Sequence record: SRR20825006_2218 | Reading direction: 5' to 3' (one strand) | Length of the DNA stretch: 36,452 nucleotides | In this document: one piece after another, positions 18,567 to 28,317 of the stretch | Layout of the letters: every line of letters begins with the position of its first letter | Position numbering within the stretch: the stretch's first letter is position 1 | The notes under the pieces: model-generated | What the model was told of the DNA's origin: nothing | The model's input: only the letters and a program-made list of their open reading frames with translations | The model's database searches: none | Made by a program: the position numbers and the translations under genes

Positions 18567-20186
18567 CTATGTCTCCCAAGTGTGGCGCCAGCGATTTCGC
18601 AAAAAAACGGCAAATATGGATGCGCCAATAATTAAGTAAAATAATAGGTAAGTGTATTGCGAAAAGATTGTCTTCTCAAGGGGGTATGGTATTTGTGCGA
18701 GGGCTAGATCGGGCGTATCTACCGGAATTTGCGTAGTAATACGTCCAATTGGGTCCGTCACAAATGTGTGACCCGTGTTTGCCACCCGCACCAAAGGCAA
18801 GCCTTGTTCCACCGCGCGCACCCTTGCGTGATGTGCATGTTGCGCTGGTCCAATTGTGCCTTGGAACCAGGCATCATTGGTGAGGTTGAGTATCCATTCC
18901 GCATTTTCAGCCTTTTGGCCTAACGCGCCAGAAAAAATCACCTCATAACAAATGAGCGGCAGAATGGCGGGTGTATTTTGGGGCGCAAATGCCAACCCCG
19001 TTTCTTTGCCTTTTACAAAACTGTCCGCCGCCGCCACAAATTTGCGCAGGCCCAATTGGGTCAATAGCGATTTAAGCGGCAAATATTCACCGAAAGGCAC
19101 CAGGCGGCGCTTGTCATAAGACGCGATGATTTCGCCTTGATCATTGATCGCCAAAATCGAATTGAACACTTCGTTGTTCTGGTCAGAAAAACCGCCCAAA
19201 TCATAATTGCGGCGCGCGGCGCCAGTGAGCAGCAATGTATCTTGCGGCAACATGCGGGCAATGCGGGCTAAGGCCTCAGGCTCTTCGGCCACATAAAATG
19301 GAAACGCGCTTTCTGGCCAGATTAGATGGGTAGTGCTGATCAAACCCGGATCATTCGGGTCTATGCGGGTTTGCGACAAGCCGAGCAAAGAATTGAAAAT
19401 CGCATCCTTATATTGCGGATCCCATTTTTGATTTTGTGGAATATTTGGCTGCACCAACCGCAAGCGCACATCTGGCCGCGGCTCAAACGGGGCTTGGTGA
19501 TAACGCCATGCGCCCAGCCCGGCCATAATGCCCAAGCCCAATAAGGCGATAACAGGCAAATATTTTGCCCTGTCGCCCGCCAAAGGCGTGACCCACAACG
19601 CCAGACTGGCACCGACCAATAGCGCAATAAAGCTGAGGCCATGAACGCCAAGATATGCGGCGCTTTGCATCAGATAAGGATGCGCAGTCAGCACATAGCC
19701 GGGCACGTTGAACGGCAATCCGGTGAGCACGATGCCGCGTAAAAACTCGAACAGCGCGATAAAGGCAGCAAGGGCAAAGATGCGCTGCGCATAGTCGGAC
19801 CAAAATAAATGCGCAAAGGCGGTGCCGAATGCCCAAAAAATCGCGAGGAAGGCCGGAAGCCCTAAAATGCCGATCGGCAAGGCCCACAAAAAGAGATCAC
19901 CATCTACAAAGAATGCAGCGCCCAGCCAATGCAGGCTAACGGTGAAATAGCCAAAGCCAAATGCCCAGCCGATCCAAAAGGCAGGACCAAAAAACTTGCG
20001 CCAACCGGATTGGGTTTCCACCCCATCCAAAAACCACACCAGCGCGGCAATGCCGATAAAGAATAATGGAAGGACTTTGAAAGGTGGCAAAGCAAGCGCT
20101 GCCAACGCGCCGATGATGAACAGCACAATATAACGTTTGGGACCATGGGACAACACACACCAATCGGCAATAGCGCTCAGTCTCAC
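18567..20186 (-). CDS. lnt: Apolipoprotein N-acyltransferase
   Basis: Multiple TM helices, VQPNIPQ, and nitrilase triad motifs WPES, YDK..LVPFGEY and ICYE; TNDAWF. Confidence 0.95.
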   Translation of the reverse strand: MRLSAIADWCVLSHGPKRYIVLFIIGALAALALPPFKVLPLFFIGIAALVWFLDGVETQSGWRKFFGPAFWIGWAFGFGYFTVSLHWLGAAFFVDGDLFLWALPIGILGLPAFLAIFWAFGTAFAHLFWSDYAQRIFALAAFIALFEFLRGIVLTGLPFNVPGYVLTAHPYLMQSAAYLGVHGLSFIALLVGASLALWVTPLAGDRAKYLPVIALLGLGIMAGLGAWRYHQAPFEPRPDVRLRLVQPNIPQNQKWDPQYKDAIFNSLLGLSQTRIDPNDPGLISTTHLIWPESAFPFYVAEEPEALARIARMLPQDTLLLTGAARRNYDLGGFSDQNNEVFNSILAINDQGEIIASYDKRRLVPFGEYLPLKSLLTQLGLRKFVAAADSFVKGKETGLAFAPQNTPAILPLICYEVIFSGALGQKAENAEWILNLTNDAWFQGTIGPAQHAHHARVRAVEQGLPLVRVANTGHTFVTDPIGRITTQIPVDTPDLALAQIPYPLEKTIFSQYTYLLFYLIIGASIFAVFLRNRWRHTWET

Positions 20187-20329
20187 ACCAACATCCCTTC
20201 ACTCAAATTTGCTTGGCTCTCGCCCGGCAGGTTGATTTGGGCAAGTGAATCCTGATTTGTCCTATATTTCAATGGACAAGTTTTGCCGATTTAATCCGAC
20301 ATTTTTGTGGAGGCGTGGCCGCCACTGAT

Positions 20330-21445
20330 TTAACCGGTGGCGGATGCTTTTTCTTTTTCCGGTTCGGCCTTGGCTTCGGTTGCTGACGGTTTCGGCCGAT
20401 TTGGATCTATATTTTGCGCTGCAGGTGCAAATTCGCCGGGACCCGCAGATCGTGTGCGTGTGCGCAACCCACGACGACGGCGGGTGATTTTGATCTTTTT
20501 CACGCGGCGAGGATCAGCCTGCATGATTTCAAATTCGAACCCACGCACCTTGGCGATCACTTCACCACGTACGGGCACGCGATCCACCAAATTGATGATC
20601 AGACCGCCAAGTGTATCCACATCTTCTGCCGCTTCACCGGGCTGGAAGTTTGGACCAAGCTCATCAGACAAATCTTCCAATTCAACCCGCGCATCTGCAA
20701 TCAGCGTGTTTTCGTCCACGCGTTTGAGCTGGCTGGCGTCCGCCTCATCATGTTCGTCTTCAATATCGCCCACCACGGCTTCCAGCAAATCTTCAATGGT
20801 CACCAAACCATCGGTGCCGCCATATTCGTCCACCACAATCGCCATGTGAACGCGGGTGGTTTGCATGCGCTGCAACAAGGTTGCCACAGGCATGGAGGGC
20901 GGCACGAACAACACATCGCGCACCATTTTCCGTTGCTTGGCAATTTGCGTGCGCAAGAGCGGGCTTTTCAGCTTTTCCGGCTGGTCCGGCTTTTCATTTT
21001 CTGGCTGTGGCTCCGCCAGCGACAGCAGCAAATCCTTAATATGGATCATGCCGATAATATTATCGAGATTGTCGCCATAAATGGGCAGGCGCGAATGGCC
21101 CGCCTCGCGGAAACGCGCAATAAGAGAGGACATGGACGCATTGTCTTCGCACGCTTCAATATCAGCGCGCGGCACCATCACATCTTCAACACGGGTGTGG
21201 GCAAGGTTCAGAACATTTTGAATCAGCGCTTTTTCACCGGCAGAAAAGGCGCCATCGCCTTCTGTTTCGGTGTTGTCATCCAGCGCAACTTGCAAATCTT
21301 CGCGCAATGAAGGCGCTTTACCGGTGAGCTTGGCACGCAAACGCGCCCAGAATGAACGGGGGGCTTCCTCAGTGTAGGAACTCTGGTCGCCAACTTGGCG
21401 ATGCGGCCGATCCGCCGCGGCGATAGATTGATCTTTATCGTTCAT
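20330..21445 (-). CDS. corC: CBS-pair plus CorC/HlyC domain protein (CorC/YbeX-like)
   Basis: VEDVMVPRADI, GHSRLPIY, VVDEYGGTDGLVTIEDLLE.VVGDIEDEHD and DTLGGL; lies between ybeY and lnt. Confidence 0.88.
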   Translation of the reverse strand: MNDKDQSIAAADRPHRQVGDQSSYTEEAPRSFWARLRAKLTGKAPSLREDLQVALDDNTETEGDGAFSAGEKALIQNVLNLAHTRVEDVMVPRADIEACEDNASMSSLIARFREAGHSRLPIYGDNLDNIIGMIHIKDLLLSLAEPQPENEKPDQPEKLKSPLLRTQIAKQRKMVRDVLFVPPSMPVATLLQRMQTTRVHMAIVVDEYGGTDGLVTIEDLLEAVVGDIEDEHDEADASQLKRVDENTLIADARVELEDLSDELGPNFQPGEAAEDVDTLGGLIINLVDRVPVRGEVIAKVRGFEFEIMQADPRRVKKIKITRRRRGLRTRTRSAGPGEFAPAAQNIDPNRPKPSATEAKAEPEKEKASATG

Positions 21446-21508
21446 GTCGATCGGTTTTAGCTAAAACCGTTTTCTCTCCGTGCTTTTGGCCATTATCTTT
21501 TTGGCCGT

Positions 21509-21994
21509 TTATTGTTCAACTATGTCGGCATAAGGGTCTGCAATGTCAAGCCGCGCCAATATTTTTCGCTCGGCGGCTTCCATTTCTTCTGCCTCATCAT
21601 CTTCCAAATGATCATAGCCCAAAATATGCAGAAAGCCATGAACAAGCAAATGGGCGAAATGATGGTCGAATTGTTTTTGTTCCGTTTCCGCTTCTTGCTT
21701 CACGGTTTCATAGGCAAAAGAAATATCGCCCAACATGCCTTCAATGGCTTCATCCGGATCAATTTGCGGGAAAGAGAGCACATTGGTGCTTTTGTCTTTT
21801 TGCCGCCAATTGGCATTCAGCTTTTGCTGCTCTTCATCATTGGTCAGCAGCAGCGACAATTCTGCAGGCCCTTCGACCACCAATCCCAATGTGTCGAGCG
21901 CGGTGCTGACAATATGATCAATTTGATCTGCTAATGGCTCTGGCCAACGCTCATCATTGCGCAGCACATCAATCTCAATCTGATAAGCCGACAT
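21509..21994 (-). CDS. ybeY: rRNA maturation endoribonuclease YbeY
   Basis: LN..WR.KDK.TNVLSFP and the HGFLHILGYDH metal-binding motif. Confidence 0.96.
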   Translation of the reverse strand: MSAYQIEIDVLRNDERWPEPLADQIDHIVSTALDTLGLVVEGPAELSLLLTNDEEQQKLNANWRQKDKSTNVLSFPQIDPDEAIEGMLGDISFAYETVKQEAETEQKQFDHHFAHLLVHGFLHILGYDHLEDDEAEEMEAAERKILARLDIADPYADIVEQ

Positions 21995-22000
21995 AGGGCG

Positions 22001-23017
22001 TTAGGCCTCATCTTCTTGCGGCTTGCCATCGTAAGCGCGGATGATGCGGGCCACCAATTCATGGCGCACCACATCTTTATCCGTGAAGCGGGTGATCTGA
22101 ATGCCTTTTACGCCATTGAGCAAATCCAGCGCTTCCACCAAGCCCGAGCGCACGCCATTGGGCAAGTCGATCTGGCTTGGGTCACCGGTGATAATCATTT
22201 TTGAGTTTTCGCCCAAACGGGTCAAAAACATCTTCATTTGCTGGGTTGTGGTGTTTTGCGCTTCGTCCAAAATCACCACGGCATTGGACAATGTGCGCCC
22301 GCGCATAAAGGCCAACGGCGCCACTTCAATGGTTTGGTTTTCAAGGCAGCGTTCAACAATTTCCGGCTGCATCATGTCATAAAGCGCGTCATAGAGCGGG
22401 CGCAAATATGGATCGACCTTTTCCTTCATGTCACCGGGCAAAAAGCCCAGACGCTCGCCAGCTTCAACGGCTGGGCGCGATAAGATAATGCGGTTGATTT
22501 CGCCACGTTCCAACAAGGTTGCCGCATAGGCCACAGCCAAATAGGTTTTGCCCGTGCCCGCCGGGCCAACGCCAAACACCAATTCCTGCCGATCCATGGC
22601 GCGGATATACCCATCCTGCGCAGGCGAGCGGGCCACAATGGTTGATTTACGCGTGGCGATTTGCGCCATGCGTACGCGGCCGCGTTTTTCAAATGTGGGC
22701 AATGTGAGTTGGCTATCTTCTGTCAAAATCATCCGGATGACCCCATCCACCTCGCCGGGCGTGATGGCTTGGCCATTTTCCAACATTTCATAAAGGGTTT
22801 CGAGGGTACGGCGGGCTTGGTCCACCGCCACATTGCTGCCGGACAGAAAGACGTGATTGCCCCGCGATATGGTTTGAATGCCCAGTTTTTGTTCGATCAG
22901 CGCAAGATTTTGGTCGAATTCACCATATAGCTGGGACACCAGCCGGTTATCTTCAAAAGCAAGTTCCACATCATTGGTGGTGTTTTGCTGGCCCTCAGGC
23001 GACCAAGTTTTTGTCAA
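22001..23017 (-). CDS. PhoH-family ATPase (YbeZ-like)
   Basis: Walker A GPAGTGKT, RPAVEAGERLGFLPGD, AFMRGRTL and LDEAQN; TTG start with AGGAG RBS. Confidence 0.94.
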   Translation of the reverse strand: MTKTWSPEGQQNTTNDVELAFEDNRLVSQLYGEFDQNLALIEQKLGIQTISRGNHVFLSGSNVAVDQARRTLETLYEMLENGQAITPGEVDGVIRMILTEDSQLTLPTFEKRGRVRMAQIATRKSTIVARSPAQDGYIRAMDRQELVFGVGPAGTGKTYLAVAYAATLLERGEINRIILSRPAVEAGERLGFLPGDMKEKVDPYLRPLYDALYDMMQPEIVERCLENQTIEVAPLAFMRGRTLSNAVVILDEAQNTTTQQMKMFLTRLGENSKMIITGDPSQIDLPNGVRSGLVEALDLLNGVKGIQITRFTDKDVVRHELVARIIRAYDGKPQEDEA

Positions 23018-23078
23018 TCAGCGCTCCTGTCGAATCAAGTTAAAGCCTTACCCCAACTATACGCATCTAATCAGATTA

Positions 23079-24425
23079 TTATGTGACAATCTTACCAAAG
23101 AGTGAAAATTTCCCGGTATCATACATAGAAACAGGTCGAATTGTGCCAATTAGAGACAAATCTGCTTCAACTTGTACAGGTTGCAGATAGGGTGAACGCC
23201 CAACGATCTGACCTTCATCACGGCCTTTTTTCTCAAAAAGCACGGGGAAGGTTTTGCCCATGCATGAGTCATTGAACTCTTTTTGCTGGGCGTTGAGCAA
23301 TTCTTGCAACCGCTGCAACCGCTCATATTTCACATCTTCTGGCACTTGCCCATCCATTTCCGCGCCGGGGGTGCCAGGGCGGGTTGAATATTTAAAGGAA
23401 TAGGCCGCTGCATAGTGTACGTCTTTCACCAATTGCATGGTGGCTTCAAAATCTTCTTCCGTTTCACCGGGGAAGCCGACAATAAAGTCGCCTGAAAGCG
23501 CCAGGTCAGGTCGTGCGGTGCGGATGCGGTCGATCAAATCCATATATTCTTTGGCCGTGTGCTGGCGGTTCATGGCCTTCAAAATCTTGTCAGACCCTGC
23601 TTGCACCGGCAAATGCAGATACGGCATCAGCATATCAAGATCGCGGTGTGCCTCGATCAACGCATCGTCCATATCGCGCGGGTGTGATGTGGTGTAACGC
23701 AGGCGCTCCAGCCCTTTAATGTCCGCCAAACGATAGATCAGATCGGCCAATCCGGTGCTGTTCCCCTTTTCATCGAGGCCGTGATAGGCGTTCACATTCT
23801 GACCCAGCAGCGTGATTTCTTTCACGCCACCATCGACCAGATTTTGCGCTTCAGCCACCACTTGCGCCACGGGGCGAGACACTTCAGCACCGCGGGTATA
23901 GGGCACCACACAGAAGGAACAAAATTTGTCGCAGCCTTCCTGCACGGTCAAAAAGGACGTCAGGCCACGAGCAATGGTGGTTTCCTTTTTGGCTTTTGGC
24001 AAATGCTCAAATTTGTCTTCTGCCGGAAAGTCAGTTTCCACCACCTTTTCATTGGCCGCGCGGCCCACCAATTCAGGCAACTTGTGATAGGATTGCGGGC
24101 CAAAAACCAAGTCGACCACCGGCGCGCGGCGCATGATCTCTTCGCCTTCGGCTTGGGCCACACAACCGGCAATGCCGATCATCATCTTTTTGCCTTTGGC
24201 TTCTTGCGACTGGCGCAAAATGCGCAAACGGCCCAGCTCTGAATATACTTTTTCAGCTGCTTTTTCGCGAATATGGCAAGTGTTCAGCACCACAAGATCA
24301 GCATCATTGATCTCTGTGGTTGCCTCATAGCCAGACGCTGCCAGCGCATCGCTCATGCGATCACTGTCATAAACGTTCATTTGGCAGCCATAGGTTTTGA
24401 TAAAGAGCTTTTTCATCGCAGTCAC
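23079..24425 (-). CDS. miaB: tRNA-2-methylthio-N6-isopentenyladenosine synthase
   Basis: TYGCQMN, NTCHIRE, GCVAQ, radical-[23 protein letters not shown] and a TRAM domain. Start is GTG 24425 or ATG 24416. Confidence 0.96.
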   Translation of the reverse strand: MTAMKKLFIKTYGCQMNVYDSDRMSDALAASGYEATTEINDADLVVLNTCHIREKAAEKVYSELGRLRILRQSQEAKGKKMMIGIAGCVAQAEGEEIMRRAPVVDLVFGPQSYHKLPELVGRAANEKVVETDFPAEDKFEHLPKAKKETTIARGLTSFLTVQEGCDKFCSFCVVPYTRGAEVSRPVAQVVAEAQNLVDGGVKEITLLGQNVNAYHGLDEKGNSTGLADLIYRLADIKGLERLRYTTSHPRDMDDALIEAHRDLDMLMPYLHLPVQAGSDKILKAMNRQHTAKEYMDLIDRIRTARPDLALSGDFIVGFPGETEEDFEATMQLVKDVHYAAAYSFKYSTRPGTPGAEMDGQVPEDVKYERLQRLQELLNAQQKEFNDSCMGKTFPVLFEKKGRDEGQIVGRSPYLQPVQVEADLSLIGTIRPVSMYDTGKFSLFGKIVT

Positions 24426-24529
24426 AAATTCTTTTCGCCAATAAGGGGAAGTTCAGGAGCGACTTGTTACACCAAAATGAGCCCTGTGCAAACCACCGGA
24501 AATGCGACGATTCTGCTGGTGTTGCAAAT

Positions 24530-25336
24530 TTAGCCCTGATGCACCTGCGGCAAGGGCAAACCACGGTTCAAAGCCACCAACATGGCCCGCACTTGGGCAT
24601 GGGCTTTTTGGGTGATGGCCTTGCGGTTCATTTCCGCGTCGATCAGCATCGGTTCGCCCAGCATAATGGTCACCGATTTTGTGCCCGACAGCAAAATGTC
24701 GCTCAAATTATCGGTTAGCCCCATATCGCCAACCCAAGCAATTTTGGTGCGTTCAGCGCGGGAAATGGGCAAGCCGTTCAGCTTGGTATAAGCGATGCAC
24801 ATGGGCTGGATGTAAATCTCGCCGCCCCCGGCAGACTTAATGGCCATCTGAGTTGCCCCAACTAGCGCGGAGCGGAAGGGCAAAACATGGCTGCCAATGT
24901 CGGATGTGCCTTCGGCAAACAGCACCACGCCACGCCCTTCATTCATGCGCGCGCCCATTTCAGTAGCCACGCGGCCCGTATCGGTTTTGCGCGTGCGGTC
25001 TACAAAAATGGTCTTTTGCATTTTGGCCAAGGTGCGCACAATCGGCCAGCGCCCCACTTCAGCTTTGGCCACAAAGCTAATGGGCAATACAGCGCCAATG
25101 GCTGGAATGTCCATCCAAGAAATGTGGTTCGACACCAAAAGGGTGGGTTTACCTTTGGCGATTTCACCCACCACATTCACTTTGATGCCCAAATATTTGC
25201 AGAGCAATTTGTGCGCCAGCATCGGAATCACATTCCATTGTGGCAAGCGCAGCCACAAAATCACCTGCTGTATCAGCCCCAAAACCAGCAAAATCGGCAC
25301 AATGATGAGGAAGAAGATTAAGCCGGATAGGATCAT
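24530..25336 (-). CDS. PlsC-family acyltransferase, probable lyso-ornithine-lipid O-acyltransferase (OlsA-like)
   Basis: NHISWMD (HX4D), FVAKAEV, FVDR and FAEGTS. Position just upstream of miaB matches rhizobial olsA. Confidence 0.82.
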   Translation of the reverse strand: MILSGLIFFLIIVPILLVLGLIQQVILWLRLPQWNVIPMLAHKLLCKYLGIKVNVVGEIAKGKPTLLVSNHISWMDIPAIGAVLPISFVAKAEVGRWPIVRTLAKMQKTIFVDRTRKTDTGRVATEMGARMNEGRGVVLFAEGTSDIGSHVLPFRSALVGATQMAIKSAGGGEIYIQPMCIAYTKLNGLPISRAERTKIAWVGDMGLTDNLSDILLSGTKSVTIMLGEPMLIDAEMNRKAITQKAHAQVRAMLVALNRGLPLPQVHQG

Positions 25337-25338
25337 AA

Positions 25339-25788
25339 TTAGTCTTCTTCTGCCTCTTTTGCCGCATCATTGAGCGGCACGCCATAAAGCTCCAAGCGGT
25401 GGTCCACCAATTTATAGCCGAGCTTGCGGGCAATCACTTCTTGAATGGCCTCAATTTCTTCGTTGCGAAATTCGATCACACGGCCCGAGCGCACATCGAT
25501 CAGATGATCATGATGCTCATCGGGGATTGGTTCAAATCGGGCGCGGCCATCTTTAAAATCATGCTTGGCGACTAACCCTGCTTCTTCAAACAAGTTCACG
25601 GTGCGATAGACAGTGGACAGCGAAATACGTTCATCGATCTTTGACGCGCGGCGGTAAAGCTCTTCCACATCAGGATGGTCGGTTGCCCCTTCCAGTACAC
25701 GCGCGATCACGCGGCGCTGTTCAGTCATGCGCATGCCAGACTTTTCGCACATATTTTCCAAATGGCTGATGTCTGCATTTTCGCTCAT
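25339..25788 (-). CDS. fur: Fur-family regulator, rhizobial Fur/Mur type
   Basis: GMRMTEQRRVIA, DHPDVEELYRR, STVYRTV, EHHDHLID and VDHRLELYGVP. In rhizobia this orthologue often acts as the Mn sensor Mur. Confidence 0.9.
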   Translation of the reverse strand: MSENADISHLENMCEKSGMRMTEQRRVIARVLEGATDHPDVEELYRRASKIDERISLSTVYRTVNLFEEAGLVAKHDFKDGRARFEPIPDEHHDHLIDVRSGRVIEFRNEEIEAIQEVIARKLGYKLVDHRLELYGVPLNDAAKEAEED

Positions 25789-25824
25789 TAGACCTATCCT
25801 TTTGTGCGCACTATTGCCAACGGG

Positions 25825-26301
25825 TTAGCCGAGATCGGCACGCATGACAAGTGCGGTGGCCGTGTGGCCATCTGGTCGTGGATAATAGCCGCGGCGCGTG
25901 CCCACTTGGGTAAATCCATATTGGGCATAAAGATTTTTCGCCGGCTCATTGTCTTCATCCACTTCCAAAAACATCTTGGTGACGGGAGAATAAAACAAAT
26001 CTTGCCACATGGCTTTCATCAACGCATCACCTAATTTTTTACCGCGAAAACGCTTGCTCACCACGATGGTCAGCAGCTCGCATTCGTCGTTTTGCACCCG
26101 CAAAATGGAAAAGCCGGCAATTTTGCGATGTTTGTCGCACGCCACATAGATGGGCGTGTCTTTATTGCTGATATAGGCCACAAAATCGGGCACTGACCAG
26201 CCCCGGAAAAAGCCCTCTGCGTGCAGCTTGGCCAATTGTTCGGCGTCTTGGCTGTCTGCCATTTCGATGTGCAAGCCGAGCGGCGCTGACCAGATTTTCA
26301 T
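25825..26301 (-). CDS. rimI: RimI-like GNAT N-acetyltransferase
   Basis: ELLTIVV...RGKKLG, FLEVDEDNEPA..LY...GF.QVG.RRGYY; ATGA overlap with tsaB. Confidence 0.85.
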   Translation of the reverse strand: MKIWSAPLGLHIEMADSQDAEQLAKLHAEGFFRGWSVPDFVAYISNKDTPIYVACDKHRKIAGFSILRVQNDECELLTIVVSKRFRGKKLGDALMKAMWQDLFYSPVTKMFLEVDEDNEPAKNLYAQYGFTQVGTRRGYYPRPDGHTATALVMRADLG

Positions 26302-26990
26302 CGGGCATGTCCCTCGCGGGCAATGCTTTTGCCGCTTTGCGGTTTGGCATCGGCAGCGCGCACATAAAGCGGCTCTGGCTTGTAATTATCCGCAGCGATC
26401 AACGCGCCATAGCGGGCAACACGGGCAATATCGAGCCATTCGGCCGCGTCAGAATCACCCTTCGCACCACATTGGTCAACGGCGAAATCTGCACCCGTGC
26501 CCAACACCAAATCACCCTGATTGATATGTTGTTCAATCTGATCATTTTCAAGCAATTGCGGCGCGCCACTTGGTTGGCCGGGGGCGGCAAAGGCTTGGAA
26601 GTAATGTTGGTCGCGCCGCGCATCAAACAGCACTTTATGGGGCGTTTGTGGCGGGGCGAAAAGCGACATGGCTTCCAAGGTGGAAAGGCCAAGGACGGGC
26701 TTATTCAACGCCACGCCGAATCCGCGCGCGGCGGCAAGGCCCACCCGCAAGCCAGTAAACGAGCCCGGGCCTGTGGTGACCACAAAGCGGTCAATTTCTT
26801 TGATGGTGAGGTGCGCGTCTGCCAACAGCTCGTCCACCATGTCGATCAAACGTTCGGCATGGCCACGGCTGCGTGGTTCAACAATTTGGTGAAGTTCGCC
26901 ATCAGCCCGCACCAGCGCGCCCTGACAATATTGGTGCGCTGTATCAAGCGCCAGAATTACAGGATGTTGGGGGCGAAGCTCATTTTCCAT
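26298..26990 (-). CDS. tsaB: tRNA threonylcarbamoyladenosine biosynthesis protein TsaB
   Basis: ILALDTA, GHAERL, GPGSFTGLRVG, DARR and PEPLYVR. Start is ATG 26990 or GTG 27020. Confidence 0.93.
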   Translation of the reverse strand: MENELRPQHPVILALDTAHQYCQGALVRADGELHQIVEPRSRGHAERLIDMVDELLADAHLTIKEIDRFVVTTGPGSFTGLRVGLAAARGFGVALNKPVLGLSTLEAMSLFAPPQTPHKVLFDARRDQHYFQAFAAPGQPSGAPQLLENDQIEQHINQGDLVLGTGADFAVDQCGAKGDSDAAEWLDIARVARYGALIAADNYKPEPLYVRAADAKPQSGKSIAREGHAR

Positions 26991-27068
26991 AGGCAAATGG
27001 TTTGTCGGTTCTCCGCCCACAAATCAAGTCAAAAATATGCGTCGATAACGCAAGTCGGTGTGAACCGC

Positions 27069-27632
27069 CTAGATTTGCTGAACGTCTTCCACGCCCGGCA
27101 CAAAGTGACGCAACAGGTTCTCGATGCCATTTTTCAAGGTCGCGGTTGAAGATGGGCAACCTGAACACGCGCCTTGCATGTGCAAATAAACAGTGCCTTG
27201 CTTAAAGCCTTTAAAGATGATGTCGCCGCCATCCATGGCCACCGCCGGACGCACACGCGTGTCCAACAATTCTTTGATCACCTCGACCATCTCTTTGTCG
27301 TCTTCTTCAAAGAATTCTTCAGCTTGGGTGTTTTGCGCTGCAGTTTCGCCATCGCTCAAAAGCGGCTGGTTCGACATGAAATGTTCCATGATTGAGCCCA
27401 AAATGGCAGGCTTTAGATGCGCCCAATCGCTGTCATCTTTGGTAACTGCGATAAAATCTGCGCCAAAGAACACACCGGTCACCCCATCAATGGTGAACAA
27501 AGCGCTGGCCAAAGGCGAAGCTTTTGCAGCTTCTTCATCCCGAAAATCCTTTGGCTGACCCGGCAACACATCGCGGCCCGGCAGAAATTTCAAGGTTTGT
27601 GGGTTTGGCGTCGCTTCGGTTTGAATAAACAT
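27069..27632 (-). CDS. nfuA: Nfu-type Fe-S cluster carrier (Nfu_N plus NifU-C domains)
   Basis: MFIQTEATPNP.TLKFLPG, RVRPAVAMDGGDI and GACSGCPSS (CxxC); GGAG RBS. Confidence 0.92.
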   Translation of the reverse strand: MFIQTEATPNPQTLKFLPGRDVLPGQPKDFRDEEAAKASPLASALFTIDGVTGVFFGADFIAVTKDDSDWAHLKPAILGSIMEHFMSNQPLLSDGETAAQNTQAEEFFEEDDKEMVEVIKELLDTRVRPAVAMDGGDIIFKGFKQGTVYLHMQGACSGCPSSTATLKNGIENLLRHFVPGVEDVQQI

Positions 27633-27683
27633 GACCGATCTCTCCGATTAATCTTGTCGGGCGGTTTGGACACCCGAAATCAG

Positions 27684-27700
27684 TTTAGAATGATTTTAAA
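27684..27700. promoter_or_regulatory. Putative Irr-binding iron control element (ICE)
   Basis: TTTAGAA-TGA-TTTTAAA against consensus TTTAGAA-N3-TTCTAAA (1 mismatch). It lies about 50 nt upstream of nfuA and 13 nt downstream of a minus-strand TTGACG at 27714-27719. Confidence 0.7.
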
Positions 27701-27763
27701 ATAGTCTTTTGCGCGTCAAAGGCAAGCATTGAATCGCACAAAATTTCGGCAATTTGAGGAAAT

Positions 27764-28270
27764 TTATGCCAATTCCGCGATCTGACTGTCGGTCAAAATG
27801 CCTGGCACAATTGCCACGGGAATGGGCAAAGCGTTGGCCCCGCGTGCTGCCAATGTGCTGACCAAAGGCCCCGGCCCATCGGTTGAGGTAGAAGACGCCA
27901 GCACCAGAATGGAGATATTTTTATCTTCGCTGATCAGCTCTTCAATCTCGTCGGCGGTACGGCCTTCGCGGATTTCGCGCTCCACTTGTATATTGCCGAT
28001 TTGGGCGATTTTGGTTTCTGCCTCATCCAACCATTGGTTGGCCTGCTCATAGGCTTCGGCGCGCATCACATCTTCGACACCGATCCAGTGCTGGAAGTCA
28101 TCTGGCTCAATCACCACCAACAGTTTGACGATGCCGCCCGTGCGCTTCATGCGGTAGGCGGCAAAGGTCACCGCCACCCAACATTCTTCTGTGCCGTCCA
28201 AAACGGCTAAAAATTTACGCCCGCCAAAATCTGGCATTTGGGCTGTCTGATCTTCGTGCTCAACGCTCAT
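27764..28270 (-). CDS. Universal stress protein (Usp family)
   Basis: RKFLAVLD.TEEC..AV.FA, ILVLA...GPGPLVS and PVAIVPG; trpS-usp-nfu synteny. Confidence 0.88.
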   Translation of the reverse strand: MSVEHEDQTAQMPDFGGRKFLAVLDGTEECWVAVTFAAYRMKRTGGIVKLLVVIEPDDFQHWIGVEDVMRAEAYEQANQWLDEAETKIAQIGNIQVEREIREGRTADEIEELISEDKNISILVLASSTSTDGPGPLVSTLAARGANALPIPVAIVPGILTDSQIAELA

Positions 28271-28284
28271 GGCGACATGCTGCC

Positions 28285-28317
28285 ACCGAAATGCGCTTTT
28301 GCCAAGCGCATTTCGGT
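28285..28317. repeat. Perfect 14-bp inverted repeat between trpS and usp
   Basis: ACCGAAATGCGCTT-TTGCC-AAGCGCATTTCGGT, with no U-tract on either strand. Confidence 0.8.

Noticed and set aside
20414..21310. 298-aa antisense ORF in corC; similar ones at 26307-27149, 8349-9008 and 12392-13042
   Set aside because: They overlap confident genes on the opposite strand and have the composition typical of antisense frames.
20330..21445. Haemolysin or toxin
   Set aside because: The name is a legacy annotation for CorC/HlyC CBS proteins; the ybeZ-ybeY-ybeX-lnt context is housekeeping.
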